DNA of 64,000 bases. Origin: Puccinia triticina. Lineage: Eukaryota. The translations under genes and the position numbers were made by a program. The stretch lies in contig CP110440.1 of NCBI GenBank assembly GCA_026914245.1, forward strand, positions 4,092,001 through 4,156,000, written 5' to 3'. The notes under the pieces were generated by a model. The model was not told where the DNA came from, did no database searches, and saw nothing but the letters and a program-made list of their open reading frames with translations. Positions 12,670 to 26,141 of this stretch are shown piece after piece. The first letter of the stretch is position 1, and every line of letters starts with the position of its first letter.

Positions 12670-12850
12670 GCGTCCGCCACTATCAAAAGTGCATCCGCCA
12701 CTATCAAAAGTGTGTCCGCCACTATAAAAAGTGCGTCCACCACTATCAAAAGTGTTTCTGTCACTATCAAAAGTGTGTCCGCCACTATAAAAAGTGTGTC
12801 CGCCACTATCAAAAGTGTGTCCGGCACTCTGAATAGTGCGTCCGCCATTA
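12670..12850 (+). repeat. 21-bp tandem repeat (GTGTGTCCGCCACTATCAAAA), about 8 copies
   Basis: Directly visible; produces the spurious CVRHYQK peptide repeats. Confidence 0.9.
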
Positions 12851-13020
12851 TGAGATATGCCTCCGGCAATATTATAAGTGTCTTTGGCACCATTATATTT
12901 TTGACGGATGACCTCCTCAAAAATTTATGGCCCAGAAATGGGCCAAAAGAAGTCAAAAACACAAAAAATGTAATTTTTTGGTGTTTTTAATGTATTTTGG
13001 AAGTTTTTCCGTTGAATATC

Positions 13021-14380
13021 GGCGGAATCCCTCCCGGTCAACAACATAGCACAACTGTTGACCGGGCGGAATCCCTCCCGGTCAACAGTTATGTACAACT
13101 GTCTCGACTGGGAGGACTTTCTCCCGGTCAACAACATCGCACAACTGTTGACCGGGCGGAATCCCTCCCGGTTGACAGTTGGGAGGGAGTCCTCCCAGTC
13201 CCGACAGTTGTATATAACTGTTGACCGGGAGGGATTCCGCCCGGTCAACAGTTGTGTGATGTTGTCAACCGGGAGGGAGTCCTCCCAGTCAAGACAGCTG
13301 TATATAACTGTCGACCGGGAGGGATTCCGCCCGGTCAACAGTTGTGCTATGTTGTCGACCGGGAGGGAGTCCGCCCGGTGGATTAAGTCCGCTTAGGGGG
13401 TTAGTCCAAAAGCTATGGCAAGATGGTGAATCGAGTAATCTGCTTGGCGTCATGGGCAGCCCTTTGCTCGCAGCGTGGCGAGTTGGGGTCCTATGTGGAG
13501 TCGTGATCTCGTAGGAAGTGGTGGCAGTGGTGTAACTTCGTTCGGATTCTTCGTCGGAGCACAATATGAACGATATACATCCTTTGTTTCCCTTTGCCCG
13601 CGAAGGTGGAGGTGAAAAACATTCGGATATTGAGGGGAAGTTCAAGCTGCCACCAGTTGGTGAAGCGGGTGCCACTGGGTTAGCATTCGCAAGGCGAGAC
13701 AGTATTTGGCGGCCGGCTTCCACTCGGAATGATGCAGTTTGTCGCCCGTTGGTGTCCCGAAGAGCAACACGTGGCTCTGCGCGGATTTCCCTCTCATTGT
13801 TAGACATCTTTAATGCAGATGAGTTCTCGATGTCCATCTTGAAAGCCTTTCGTGAAGAGAAATTGCAAGCCGTAGACAACTTCCTCTTCTTGCTTTGGGA
13901 CGGATGCGATGAAGGTAGTGACGGTAAGCGTGAAGGCAGACCCGCGCGTTTTGGTAAGACTGAGAAAATTGGCGACTCTTTGGTGACTGTTGGATCTTTG
14001 GTCGCCGGCAATTCCTTGGTGCCTTGTGAGGAGCTGCGCAAGACCGGTGCATAGCCCTCTGACAATGGAATAGCCAACTGTGTCGAATCATCTTCTTCGT
14101 TCTCTTTGACGGCAACCTGCGCCTTCTTAGGGTGTCGACCGGGAGGGAGTCCTTCCAGTTGAGACAGTGTATATAACTGTTGACCGGGAGGGATTCCACC
14201 CGGTTAACAGTTGTGTGATGTTGTCAACCGGGAGGGAGTCCTCCCAGTCCAGACAGTTGTACATAACTGTTGACCGGGAGGGATTCCGCCCGGTCGCCTG
14301 TTGTGTTGCGTTGTTGACCAGGGGCAGGAGGGATTCCTCCGGGTCGTGTTATGTTGTTGACCGGGAGGGATTCCTCCTGG
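13021..14380. repeat. Hairpin array (arm CCCGGTCAACAG / CTGTTGACCGGG) interrupted by a unique ~760-bp segment
   Basis: Array blocks at about 13021-13375 and 14133-14380, with ~90-bp higher-order units. Confidence 0.8.
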
Positions 14381-14764
14381 TCCACGCGGGTGGGTGTATG
14401 TGGCAGGGAGGGATGCCTCCCGCTTGAAAGGGTGCCTGTATGTATTTAGGTGCTACTGCTGTGCCAGCTGAGCAGCTCCAAACTAACTGTGCACAAAGTT
14501 AGTGTGGTGGCTGGTGTGGCTAAGCAGAGTCTGAACATACTGCTTAGGCTGAGCTTATCCATAAAAATACATGGATTCAACCAGGAATAAAGCTGGAAAA
14601 ACTCAGGTATGTGACATTGTATCAGCCTGGATCTGGCATGTCAACTGACACCAGTTTCTCAAGTTTTTTTCATAGTGTTGGGTGTACATATTTTTTTCAC
14701 CTCAGAATTTTATGATTTTATGGTGTTATGATTTTATGCAAGTCAACTTTGAACACCCTAATTA

Positions 14765-14921
14765 TGGTATTCAAAATTGCATAAGATTTTTTTACATAAA
14801 ATCATAAACTGCAATTTTGGCTGGGAGATGTCACTTTAAGTTTTATGCACGCTGACATCTCCCAGCCAAAATGGGCTTTATGATTTTATGTAAACAGTGG
14901 CATATGCAATTTTGAATACCA
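14765..14921. mobile_element. MITE family A, intact 157-bp near-palindromic copy
   Basis: TA-TGGTATTCAAAATTGCATA ... TATGCAATTTTGAATACCA-TA, with internal inverted repeat TTTTGGCTGGGAGATGTCA. Confidence 0.88.
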
Positions 14922-15324
14922 TAAATTTGCTTTTTATTTTTGTATGAAATGTTCTTATGACATGCAATTTCTATTCAAAAATTGTGGCATAAGATAGAAA
15001 AGTGCCAAAGGCATGTTTCATCTTGAGCATTAGGTGGTCTCAAAGTTGGCCAGGTGCAATTCAACTTGCATGCACTTTTGCAAGTTGGCATTCCAGTTTT
15101 TTCTTGAACCCCAAGTTGCAAAAGTGTATGCAAGCCAAAATAATAGTAATTTGCCCACCAGGCCTGCTTGATTTTTTTTTTTTTGCCAGATGCTCCTGAC
15201 CAAGCCAACCAAAAACATCGCCAAAGATATGATTGATTTAATATTTCAAAATGATAGTATGTTGGGTATTAGCTATTTGGGTGGTGTGTTTAATTCGAGT
15301 TCTAGTTTTCTGTGCCAAGCAATA

Positions 15325-15521
15325 GGGGTGTTCAAAGTTGACTGCATAAAATTATAAAACCATAAATTCATAAAATTTTAATCTGAAAAAAATGTGTAAC
15401 ACGCAATCACTCAAAAAAGAGCAACAATTCTAAAATGGTACATAAAAAATGATCACTCAAAAGTGTTATGATTTTATGATTTTATGATTTGAAAAAAATA
15501 TGATTTCAACTTTGAACACCC
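15325..15521. mobile_element. MITE family B copy, ~230 bp upstream of the GH81 gene
   Basis: GGGTGTTCAAAGTTGA ... TCAACTTTGAACACCC; inverse-orientation relative of 11745-11940. Confidence 0.8.
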
Positions 15522-15753
15522 TTAATGCTATGTCCAGACTCCAATTGTCCAGACTCCATTTGTCCTCAATTGCGAAGGATCGGCCAGTCCGATTGGCGTC
15601 CGTCGGATCGAATATCCGGGCCAAAGAGGTGATTTTTAATGCTGGCCCCAGCCATTTCCAGAGACATCCTCATCCAGATGAACTTCCTTCAGCACGAGCC
15701 CTAATTATTTGCATATGAAAGGTTATTGTCCTTAGCCCTCATCATCCCTAAAG

Positions 15754-18622
15754 ATGTCTTTCAGCCAAGTCCCACAGGTAGATGGAGACTTGTTCGGACC
15801 AGTCGATAATCAGCGGAAACATGCGGTAGCACCACTCTCCCTGTTCGGCCATGGTTGTGCTCATCCCCAATCACCATTACACATCTCTGATGGCTCTCGT
15901 CACCGTCCAATTGGGACCAACAAATGGTACACTCAACTCCTACTGACACCCAATGGGACAGATCCCATCTATCCTTTGCCTTATGCCCTGGCCTTTCTGG
16001 ATGGCAACTCCGTTCTCTCTCGCCGCGCACGCGAAGGTTCCGAGCCTTTGGTGGGACTCGGCATCATTCACTCCACAGCAGCCCAGAGAGTCTTTGGACC
16101 ACCTGTCGGTCAACAATCTGATTCCGCCGTGCGATATTATTATAATCCCGTTGTGGTTTCCGTTTGTCTGGGCGCCAAAGAGTTCAGCCAGTCGAATGTC
16201 GTACCAATAACGTCCGATTGGTCTGAATTGACTGTTCAGTTTGAGCTATCGTCGCCGGCCAATTTATTGCCTCCCAAGTCTAGCATATCTTTTCCTGTCT
16301 CCCGAGGATCTGCTTTTCTGACGGCTCTGTATACCGCCCTCACTCCGACTCTGAGTTCCACCCACACCGTCAACTCCTTAGAATGTGTCAATGCTGGTGA
16401 AGAACATCACCTCTTCGGATTTCGTAAGCATCGTCTTCGCTACAACGATGGCTCGACTTGGTTAGTCTATTCGCTCGGTGAACAGAGTTGCTTCACATCC
16501 CACTTGGACCTCCGAAAAATCACCCCCACGGATGTCGGACATGCTCAGGCTTGGTCCGGGATGATTCAACTCGTCAAGATGAGTGATCACTATGAGCGAC
16601 AACTAGGAGAAAACTCACACCGTGAGAGTGAAGAATTTGTCTACGACAATGGCATTGGGGTTTGGACCCAAGCCGCCACACTGAGATCTGGACCCATCGG
16701 TACAGGACAGTATTCGTTCGACTGGAGTAAGCTCACATTTCCCCGTGGCTGATTCTCCACTCATTTTCGTCCGAGACTGCACGTCAGTAATGCTTTATGG
16801 TTGATTGCAGTCACCAACGGGCCGAGGTCCGACTGCGTGCAACCGTTGATGTTTGCCTTGCCACATCATGTCGAAGCCCTATTAGATCCAAATATCATTG
16901 TGAGGCCGGAAATCAAAATCCAATCACGGGTCACTGGAGTCATGCGTCTCTGTCGCGCACCTAGATGGACATTCAAGGAAAACGTCGAGGATCTCAGAAG
17001 TTACGGTATCAAGCCTTATCATCTACCAAACGGCCCTCCACTCTACGACCCCTTAAAAGTGGACCTCTTGAGACAAGTCATGGTCAAAGAATTGGACACC
17101 GATTTCGACGCAGAATCTAATTTAGACAGTTACTGTAAGACATGCTGATCTTTCAGACGTCATCTCAAGGCTGAGTATTTCTCAATTGTTTTGCCCGCAA
17201 TAGATTTTTCTGGGAAGAAGCTCGCAAAACAAGCTTTACAATGTCTCACGGCTTCGTGTGTTCTACAAGATCAAAATATGGCGGCCAGGTTTGTCGCAAA
17301 GGCCAAGAAAAGTTTTGATACTTTCCGTCACAATCGTTCCAAAGCGGCCCCGTTGGTATACGAAAAAACTTGGAAAGGTATAATTAGCTCGAGCATATTG
17401 CGCACCGGAAACAGGAATGATGATTTTGGAAACGGGGTCTATAATGGTGTGGCAGATTCCACTTAACGCTGTCGGCAGTAATACAACACAACCTAATCTC
17501 TTGCTTTTGGACGCTTCGACGCAATAACAGATCATCACTTCCATTATGCCTATTTCATTCATGCGGCAGCGGTGCTTGTATATCACGATCATTCTTACTT
17601 GCACTCTGTCAGAGACTATGTGTATGATCTAATCCGCGATGTGAACAACTCGGATGAATCCGACTCCTATTTCCCGTTGTTCCGAAATTTCGATTGGTTC
17701 TTGGGCCACAGTATGGCGACTGGACTCGATACCAGCATGGATGGGAAGAATCAAGAAAGCTGCAGCGAAGATGCAAAGTGAGTAAATGCTGTTGAGTTGG
17801 CGGAAAAAGTACCAAGAATCTGATTGCAGCTTCAGCTTTCTGTATGGCGTAAAGGTTTGGGCAGATGTCACTCAGAATCCTCGCTTGGGTGCATTGGCCG
17901 ACTTGCAACTCAGCCTCCTAAAAAGGAGTGTAAATCACTACTATTACATGAAGGAATCAGACACGAACGCACCAGCGTGCTTCAAAGGGAATCGAGTGCC
18001 TGGAATATTGTTCGAAAACAAGGCAGATTACACAACATTTTTCTCCGTAAGTCTTTCTGTTCAAAGCTCACATTCACATGCATACGGATGGCTCAATTAG
18101 CTGACGCTGGGGGCGGAAAAAGAATGAAAAAGATGCTATCCACATGATACAGGCAAGTCTCTCCAGACTGGCGACTTTCAATCGACCAAGTATATTTCTG
18201 AACTGCTTAAAAATATCTGTGAATACTCGGTCTCTCTCAGGTTATCCCAATCACTCCCATCACATCCTTCATGCGATCTCCTGAGTTCATATGGCAAGAA
18301 TGGACCAACTCCGGTTCCCCTACAGAAAACACGAACCAGGTCTGTCAGATTGCTACAAAGTTGACCAATGGTGAGTACAAATAGCTCCTCCACAGTTTCC
18401 GTTCTATATGGGGCAAATAGCTTGATTGGAACCTCATGCTATCTAGGATATCAAACGTTACTCTTGACTCAATATGGCATTGTGGACCCAAGCTACGTCT
18501 ATAACATATTCGTCAAGAAGCTATGGATGTGTCAAGAGATACCGCTAGATGACGGGCTAAGCTTGAGTTGGATACTGGGATTTTTGATCAACCAAATTGA
18601 ACTGAATAAACTAGATATGTAG
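15754..18622 (+). CDS. Endo-1,3-beta-glucanase, glycoside hydrolase family 81, multi-exon
   Basis: Motifs [96 protein letters not shown]. Confidence 0.92.
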
Positions 18623-19007
18623 TGGAAAAAGTTGTTGAACTTCAACCTGGTGATCTTTCTTGCAGCAATTAAAAGTAACATATTTTTTATCTACCTTTAA
18701 ACTTCAAATAGATTGCCCAAAAATGAGATCATGTTCAGTAATGTAAATGCGTGAATAAGGAACAGCAGCACCACAAGCTGATGCAATAGCACTTGAAAAA
18801 AATCTCCACAATGGGCCTAGTGAACCCAATGGACATCAACTCCAGGACTCCATTTGAAGTACTAAACACAAAAATTCAAATTCATGAGGTTACTAATCCT
18901 GCAGTGTTGTAATATATATTGGGAAAAGTGTCAGCTGAACACTGAAACAATCCCACTTGAATCTGTTTGACAAAATCATCAAGCCCAACCAAGGGAATGA
19001 CAGAGCC

Positions 19008-20118
19008 AACAAAGGGTAGTTACGTTACGTTGCGTTATCCGCGCAATTTTGGTAATGTAACTGTCACACGGCGCCTGGTACAGGCAGGCGGGTGGGCACT
19101 TGGTGAGGAAAAAAGAAGTGCTGAAAGACTAACGGCGAGGAGAGTCTGAGTTGGAAGTATCTTCTGACTTCGAAAGAATGCGTTTGATAATCGGACTCTA
19201 AGCTAGAACACTAAGAGGGGTGCGGAGTAACAAATACACGAGAAGGCAACCCAGAGTGCTGAGAACTATAATCTTAATTTGATGAGGAGGGAGGAAATCA
19301 TACAACGAGCGGCTGTACATATAAGGACGCGCACACAGGTGGGTATTGCATACAGTTCCGAATCAGAAAGATAGCATAATGAAAAGGACAAAGGGAAACC
19401 GGCGGTGCCTGTCGAATCCTGGGTCCTGATAGTGTAGTGGCTGCAAGCTGACCGTAAGCGAGTCAAGGGGTGTTTGCTTTGAGGTCATGCGCCGAACAAG
19501 GTGACACTGGAGTCGAGACTTGAAATAAGATCTCGACGATACCAGTGAGTTGCGCTAGTCGAAAAATGGTTGTGTGACTAGACGCGTTCGAAGATTCCGA
19601 TTGTACTAGTCGAGCATTGGTTATTTGACTAGATGCGATGGTTGAGAATCTTGGAAGAAACAATGAAGCGAGGCGTTGATTAAAGTCGTTGGATGAGTGG
19701 CCGAGAAGGTTATTGGCCGCGACCCTTAAGAAGATCAACAATGCGTCTGCTGTCTAAAAGTCCTTCTGTCGTATGACAGTAACTACCCCCGTTATCCGGG
19801 GCCTCCCGTTACTTTACTAGTAACAGGGTCATTTTAGGCCCCGCGTGTAACATAACGCGCCTCATTTTTGAGGCCTGTTATCGTGTTATCCCCCAGATAA
19901 CGCGATAATGGACCATTTAAGGCTTTTTAGCCTCATTTTTTGCCCGTTCTCAGGGGCTCCGGGCGCCCGGATAACACAACAAGCATAAAAAAAAAAACGG
20001 CTTAATGTGGTGCAATAACGTAATTGCACCGCCGTTACGCGTAACACGTAGATATCACCAAAAATTCTATTACGTTACCGTTATCTACGCGTTACGCGCA
20101 GCGTAACTACCCTTTTTT
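19008..20118. mobile_element. Non-autonomous Mutator-like element with a unique internal segment
   Basis: TIRs AACAAAGGGTAGTTACG / CGTAACTACCCTTTTTT, flanked by the 9-bp direct repeat GACAGAGCC (18999-19007 and 20119-20127). Confidence 0.75.
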
Positions 20119-22369
20119 GACAGAGCCTTATACCCCCAGCAGTATCTAATCAGGACTGTTGGATCAATCTGCCAGCATGAATCCAAATATCTCAAGTTTT
20201 CTCATGTTCAACAACAGATAAAAATTTGCTTCAGATGCAGTCTGCAGACATTCACAAGCACTATGGTTCTACCAAACAAATCTGCACATAAATTGCCCAG
20301 GGTAAAACAATATTGTTTTGACTCTATGACCAACCAACTAAGAGTATAACCAAGGCTGATACCTTGAAGCCAACACCTTTGACTTGATTGCAGGTATCAA
20401 TCCCAACTCAAGGGAGATAATGTAAGGCTGTAACCCAAACCCATGCCCCGGGGTCCAGAAATGATGTAACCATTACAATACATGTATTGTAGTGGCATAT
20501 ACAGTGTATTGTAATTGGGGTCCGTTACACGCTGATTGAAAAGTAGTGTAGCATATTGGCGCACAAATGTGCTACCAATACAATGTATCAAATGTGCCAA
20601 TACATCATTTCAAAGCTCAATGTAGCACATTGAGCCTCTTTTGCAGTGCTGCTAAAGCCTATTATGTATTGTAGTGGTGGCACATTGGCCCCTTGTTACA
20701 TGAATTTGAACAAAACTGTAGCACATTGGTGTGCTGTTACATGAAGCAAAAATTCCTGTGTAACAGAGCGGGCACACATTGCAATACCGTTACAGTGTAA
20801 CGGTGATACATTAAGATATGTTACAAACCGCTACAAATACATTTATCTGAATGGTTACATTGTTGGGTCCAGGGTTTGGGATGGCCTCTGGAAATTCCCC
20901 AAAGCCCGGTGTGGTGGCCCCTCTTGTGGCCAGCTAGTCAGGACATCACCGCTGCCAGGATTATCAAGACTTTGCCCTCAAGATCTCATCATCAAGGTAT
21001 CAAGAACCCAAACCTCAAGATCCTTTCTCATCACCCTCCACCTTCAACTGCCCCCCCCCTCTCTCCTTTTCCTTCTGTCCATCTTCCCATCTCCCTTCCT
21101 TCTCAGTTCCCCATCCCTCTTCAGCTTTCTTGGTCCTAACACAGCGCCTGCTGTGGGTTTATTTCCTTGTTTGTTTCTGGTTTCTTTTCCTTCTGTTTGG
21201 TTTGTCTGTTTTGAGTGTTTTCTGGCTTTTCCTTCCTTGCTTCTTTTCTTTCTTCTCTCTGCCTCTTTTCTTTCTGACTCATCACACTGTTTTTTCCTTT
21301 ATTTTCCTTTGTGTTGTTTCTTTTCTCCTGTTTCTCTTGTTTGTTGTGTGTGCGTGCGCGTAGCGCGCGGGAGGATGTGATGAAATGTATGTGACAGGTC
21401 GCCTCCAGGAGTCCAAGTTTGCCGAACTTGGATGATGGGACTCGGGAGAGGCATGGCATTCTGATCCCCAGAATACGGACCATCACGAGTTTATAGATCC
21501 ATTGTCAGAGTTCCAAACCTTTGAGCTCAGGTTGCCGATCACCTTCATCCAAAGTTTCAGATCCTTCTTTTCCTTTCCCTTAAGATCACATCCCTCTAAC
21601 TCTCTTGAAACAACAACAACCGCCGCTGAGGATCCAAAACCCCGGCAAACATCTCAAAACCACCACCACCACCACCACCACCACAAGCTATCCTTGATCC
21701 TTTCAGCGCTCATCTCTACAGACCATTCATACAGAGGGCAGCCTAAACAGCACCCATCCCCTCACACGACTGCCGCCACTTAGCACAGACAGGAGTCCCT
21801 CACTGGGGATTGAGGAATATGGGGGGAGTGTGCAGAAATGACACTTGCTTGGGGTTTTTGACTTTTTATTGGGCAGCTTGTATTCTTGTATGCGGAGGAT
21901 TGACCATCAACCCCCAGAGAGAAGAGCAGGATTCCGCCAACCTTGGCACCTGATTGGTGGGCTTGGACCCTACCAACGGCTGAAAAGGAGCTAGCGCGGG
22001 CCCAGAGAGCCCTTTGGAAAGGTGAAAAGTGCCACACCATGGAGCAAGAGCCGGATTGGGCCGTGAAAGGAGAACCCCTGGAGGCCACACCCAGAGAAGG
22101 GAGCAGGAACTCACCACCTATGTGGTTCCCAAAAAAATAAATTCAAGTCAAATAGCAACACATTCTTCTTGTCCCTGTCACCAGGAAAAAAAAATAGTCA
22201 CTTGATGGCAAGTGACATGATGCAGCTTTGGTTTCTGCTCCAGAGCTACTCCAGCGCTGCTCCAAGTCTGCTCCACCAGCACTTGTAGAGCTTGCAGGAC
22301 TGCACCAGAGTACTCAATGTGGCACAGTCAGCTGATCCAATTTTTTTCCCAGGAACAGCTGATGCTAAT

Positions 22370-23158
22370 CATAAGCTGAGCAGTAGGCATTGACTGAGCC
22401 TGGGCCAAAGCTGAGAATTGGCTGAGCCTGGGCCACAGCTGAGCATTGGATATTCCAAGCCTGAAACAAATCCAAGTGTCAGCTTGACCAAGAATATTCC
22501 AAATCTGAGCATCAGCTTAGTCAACAATGGTCCAAAGCTGAGCATCATCTTGGAAAAGGCTTGTGCAGAGCTTAGGATCAGCTGGGACAATACTGTTCCA
22601 AAGATTAACACCAGCTGGGCCAAAATATTTCAAAAGCTGAGCATCGGCTGAGCCAATGCTGGTACAAAGCTGAGCATTGGCTGAGCCAAGGCTGTTCCAA
22701 AGCTGAGTATCAGATTTTTTGAGACTATTCAAAAGATTAATATCACCTGAGCCAAGGCTGTTCCCCAGCTGAGCATCAGCTGAGCCAAGGCTGGTCCACA
22801 GCTGAGCATCAGCTGAGCCAAGGCTGGTCCACAGCTGAGCATCAGCTGAGCCAAGGCTGGTCCACAGCTGAGCATTGTCTTAGCCAAGGTTGGTCCACAG
22901 CTGAGCATCAGCTGATCCAAGGCTGGTCCACAGATGAGCATAAGCTGTTACAGGAGTGGTCAGACTCAGAATCTGAGCATTGGCTGGGCCAAGATTTATC
23001 CAAAGCTGAAAATCAGCTGAGCCAATACTGGTCCAAAGCTGAGCATTGGCTGGGCCAATGATAGTCCTAATCTGAGTCTAAGCTGAGCCATGACTGGAAT
23101 AAAGCTGAAAATAAGCGGGGCCAGGACTGGTTCTGATCTGGGCAACAAAGCTGAGCAT
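22370..23158 (+). repeat. 33-bp minisatellite (GCTGAGCATCAGCTGAGCCAAGGCTGGTCCACA), resuming at about 24150-24215
   Basis: Directly visible; near-perfect copies at 22765-22940. Confidence 0.9.
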
Positions 23159-24149
23159 TGTCAGCCTTAAAGATACAACAAGTATCCAAAAGACTGCAAT
23201 AACTTAGTAAATAATAATTATTATTAAATTATTATTGCAGATTCAGATTCCTCATCATAAATTAAGGGGGGTCACCCACTCAAAGTACCCCCTTATTCCT
23301 ATTCCTTCATGTACTAATTGTATAAATAAGAATTGGCCACAGAAAGCGCCCAAAATTAGTATTACATACATAAACTTAGTAAACAAACAGTGTACATAAA
23401 ATTAAACTGTTATACATTAATGAGTAATATTACTCGTGTAAAAATACCCCGTGAAAGTATTATGTAGACTTCTACAGAAGCTCTTTCACATGACAATTGG
23501 TTATAAATATGTCATGTGACAGAGTCAGGGAAATTAGTCTATTTTAATACAATTAAAATACCCACAGCCAAGCCCTTTTCACGGCTACGACCCAGGATAC
23601 TCCCATAGGGAGAAAAGGACTCAGTGTTTACGCCCACTGAAGTCCCCTCTATAAATAGAGGTCTATTTGGCCCTCAGGAAAAGATCCCCCAGACCATTCA
23701 CCGCCCATAAACTGTAAGTTGCCGTGAATATTCTCCTCTGCTACAGAGGTAGCCACTTTTCCTTATAAACCATCCCCAGCACGTAAAATCCACTGGATTA
23801 AACCCTTTAAATCATCAAAAATCCCTTATTAGCATATTTAAAGCTTTATCCTTATAAGTAGTTGCCGTAAGACCACCGCCTCTGTCAAGCAGCCAATCAG
23901 TTTAAGCGCTTACCACCTACTTTTCCGCCAAATTAATTCCCTGTAATTAATAATTACATATTATTAATTACATAATTAATCCCTCCTCTGTTACAGAGTG
24001 TAAAAACCCTTGTAGTGGCCATATTTGCCACGTAACAAGCTTGGTAATTTAAATTACCAGTGTTTATATCAGCACAGTTATAGTGCTAGGGCCCAAAAAC
24101 CCTTATTTTGACGGGTTTTTTGCCCTAAGCTTCATAAACAGAGCTGTCA
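23159..24149. mobile_element. Solo LTR (991 bp)
   Basis: TGTCAG...CTGTCA termini, 5-bp TSD AGCAT (23154-23158 and 24150-24154), TATAAATA near 23650. It interrupts the minisatellite. Confidence 0.82.
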
Positions 24150-24277
24150 AGCATGAGCTGGGCACCAAAGCTGAGCATAAGCTGGGAGCTAAAGCTGAGT
24201 ATCAGCTGACCAGAAATGGGGATCAGTGGTGCCCAGTGAAAACTGAGGATCTCCTGTGGAAATTCTTAAACTGGTTA

Positions 24278-24333
24278 GATGGTGGGTAGATGGTGGGTAG
24301 ATGATGGGTAGATGGTGGGTAGATGGTGGGTAG
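24278..24333 (+). repeat. 11-bp tandem repeat GATGGTGGGTA x5
   Basis: Directly visible. Confidence 0.9.
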
Positions 24334-24979
24334 CCCGCTGGAGCTGGCATGATGTCACTTGTCATCAAGTGACTATTTTTTTTTCCTGGTGTGTGAGTGG
24401 CCAACTGTGTGTTCAAACTTATGGTACGTGTGCTGGTGATTTGAGGCAAAAGTTTTTCAGTCAGTTGTTCATGGACATAGAAAAAGGCAGACAATTAAAC
24501 CACATGCCAGAACCAGATTGAGGTGCCCCTTCAAGTTCTCTTTGAGAGAATGATTGACCCCATACTCCATCAATTAGGATACTCCTTTCTCTGCAACATG
24601 GCCAAAGTATGGAATGAACGCCTTGTTGATCAAAAGCAATAGCAGTGAGTAAAATCTCATCTCTTGAGTGATGTCCTTCAGGGCTTCATTCTCTTTGGCA
24701 TTTGTACCTTCTGCCTGGGGATAGGGGAGAATTGGTGGTAATGGTGATGGAGTGGCATAGCCTTGGAGTCGGGGCACATTGATTGCCTTGCCATTTGAGT
24801 TATCTTCAGGTCCTGCGTTCCAGTAGCCTTTCTCTGGGGTGGAGGGGGAGGGGGAGGAGGATAAACAAAACAAAAGTAGGTGACAAAATACAGATTCTGT
24901 TGCGTTGACATTTTGCCAGCAACACCTCCACAGTGACTGCAGCTACTTGCGTAGTCACTTGCAAGAAAACATCAGTACA

Positions 24980-25310
24980 GAATCCATTGGACACTTGTGT
25001 CCAAACATCCATTGGACACTCCATCCAGAGTTTCCGATGGACAACAGTTTTGGTGTCCACCGTAAACTCTTGACTGAGGGTGTCCAATGGACAGCTTTGT
25101 TTGATATCCATTGGACACTCCTGCCAAAGCGTCCAATGGCTGGTCCGCTGAACGGTGTTTTTTGATGTCCAGATGATATTTTCAAGGGCTGAGCATCTGT
25201 TGGACACTTTCAGAAGCGTCCAAGGGATTCTCAGTGCTTCTGGCATCTAATGGATACTCCCCAGGCATCCTGTGGATGGTTTTCAGTTCAAAGCGTCCAC
25301 GGGATGCAGT
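24980..25310. repeat. Cluster of TCCATTGGACAC / GTGTCCAATGGA motifs, probable transposon subterminal repeats
   Basis: The motif recurs in both orientations; no termini were found. Confidence 0.5.
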
Positions 25311-26141
25311 GCATTTCTCAGAATGCACCCCATGGGGTTGATGCACAAAATCTGCTTGGTTCCAAGAAACAATGCATTGGCCTTTTGAAAACACACACTT
25401 GAGCAGAGGAGGTGCTTGTTGCAGGAATAGCAAGGCAGCGTTGCGCCATCAACACCAACTTGTGGTAAGTTTTTGTTGTGTACGCCAGTTTTCTGGACGA
25501 CTTGACAGATGACTCAATGAAGTGGTTCAGACCCAACTTCTCTTCAACATCTGAGTACCAGTGGGAGCTTTGTGATTGCTATTGTAGACATTGATGATGT
25601 GCTCTTCATCATCATCAATTTCAACCACTGTGCGCAGGCGTGGGGAAGATGCCAACTTTGAAGCTTGGATCAGGAGGTGGGGAGCAATCAGGTTCCTTGC
25701 GCTTTGGTGGCATCATAGATCATTCAACATTGCTGACGGAGTGGTAAATCCTTCTGAAGGCCAGCCGGGCCCGTCGCCCATCGGACATCCCTGCTTGTAA
25801 AAATTGGTTGGTACGTACTACGCACACATCGGTGCTCAGCGCATTACTCGGGACATTCGGGGTCCAGGGTGCGAGCTGTGGCTCATGCCCCGAGTCCCGA
25901 CCCAAGCCCCGGGTTACAGCTTTAAGATCATGTCAAGTTTGATTGAATTATAGTATCTATTCATTTATAAAGTTCTGACTGAGAGATGAAATAGCCAGAC
26001 TGGAGTGGACTCTTTAGTTGTGCGTAGAAAAGGGACTTAATCACAAATGTAATAATGATGAGAGGTACAGGTGAAGATTGGTAAGGGTAGCGTATTTCCT
26101 TCTTTTGCCGGTCAATACTAGGTTAAAGAACATGCGTGTTA

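Larger units (their letters stand above)
22179..24391. mobile_element. Non-autonomous CACTA/EnSpm-like element containing a minisatellite and a nested solo LTR
   Basis: ~45-bp TIRs CACCAGGAAAAAAAAATAGTCACTTGAT..AAGTGACAT; 3-bp TSD TGT. Confidence 0.78.

Noticed and set aside
12630..12990. ORFs with CVRHYQK or SATIKS repeats
   Set aside because: Translation of a 21-bp tandem repeat.
13021..14380. CRISPR-like appearance of the palindromic arrays (also 22370-23158 and 61787-62870)
   Set aside because: Eukaryotic context, spacers repeated rather than unique, and no cas genes.
20440..22140. Possible MITE and LINE 3'-end remnants, plus hydrophobic and His-rich ORFs
   Set aside because: No clean termini, TSD or protein motif; the ORFs reflect low-complexity composition.
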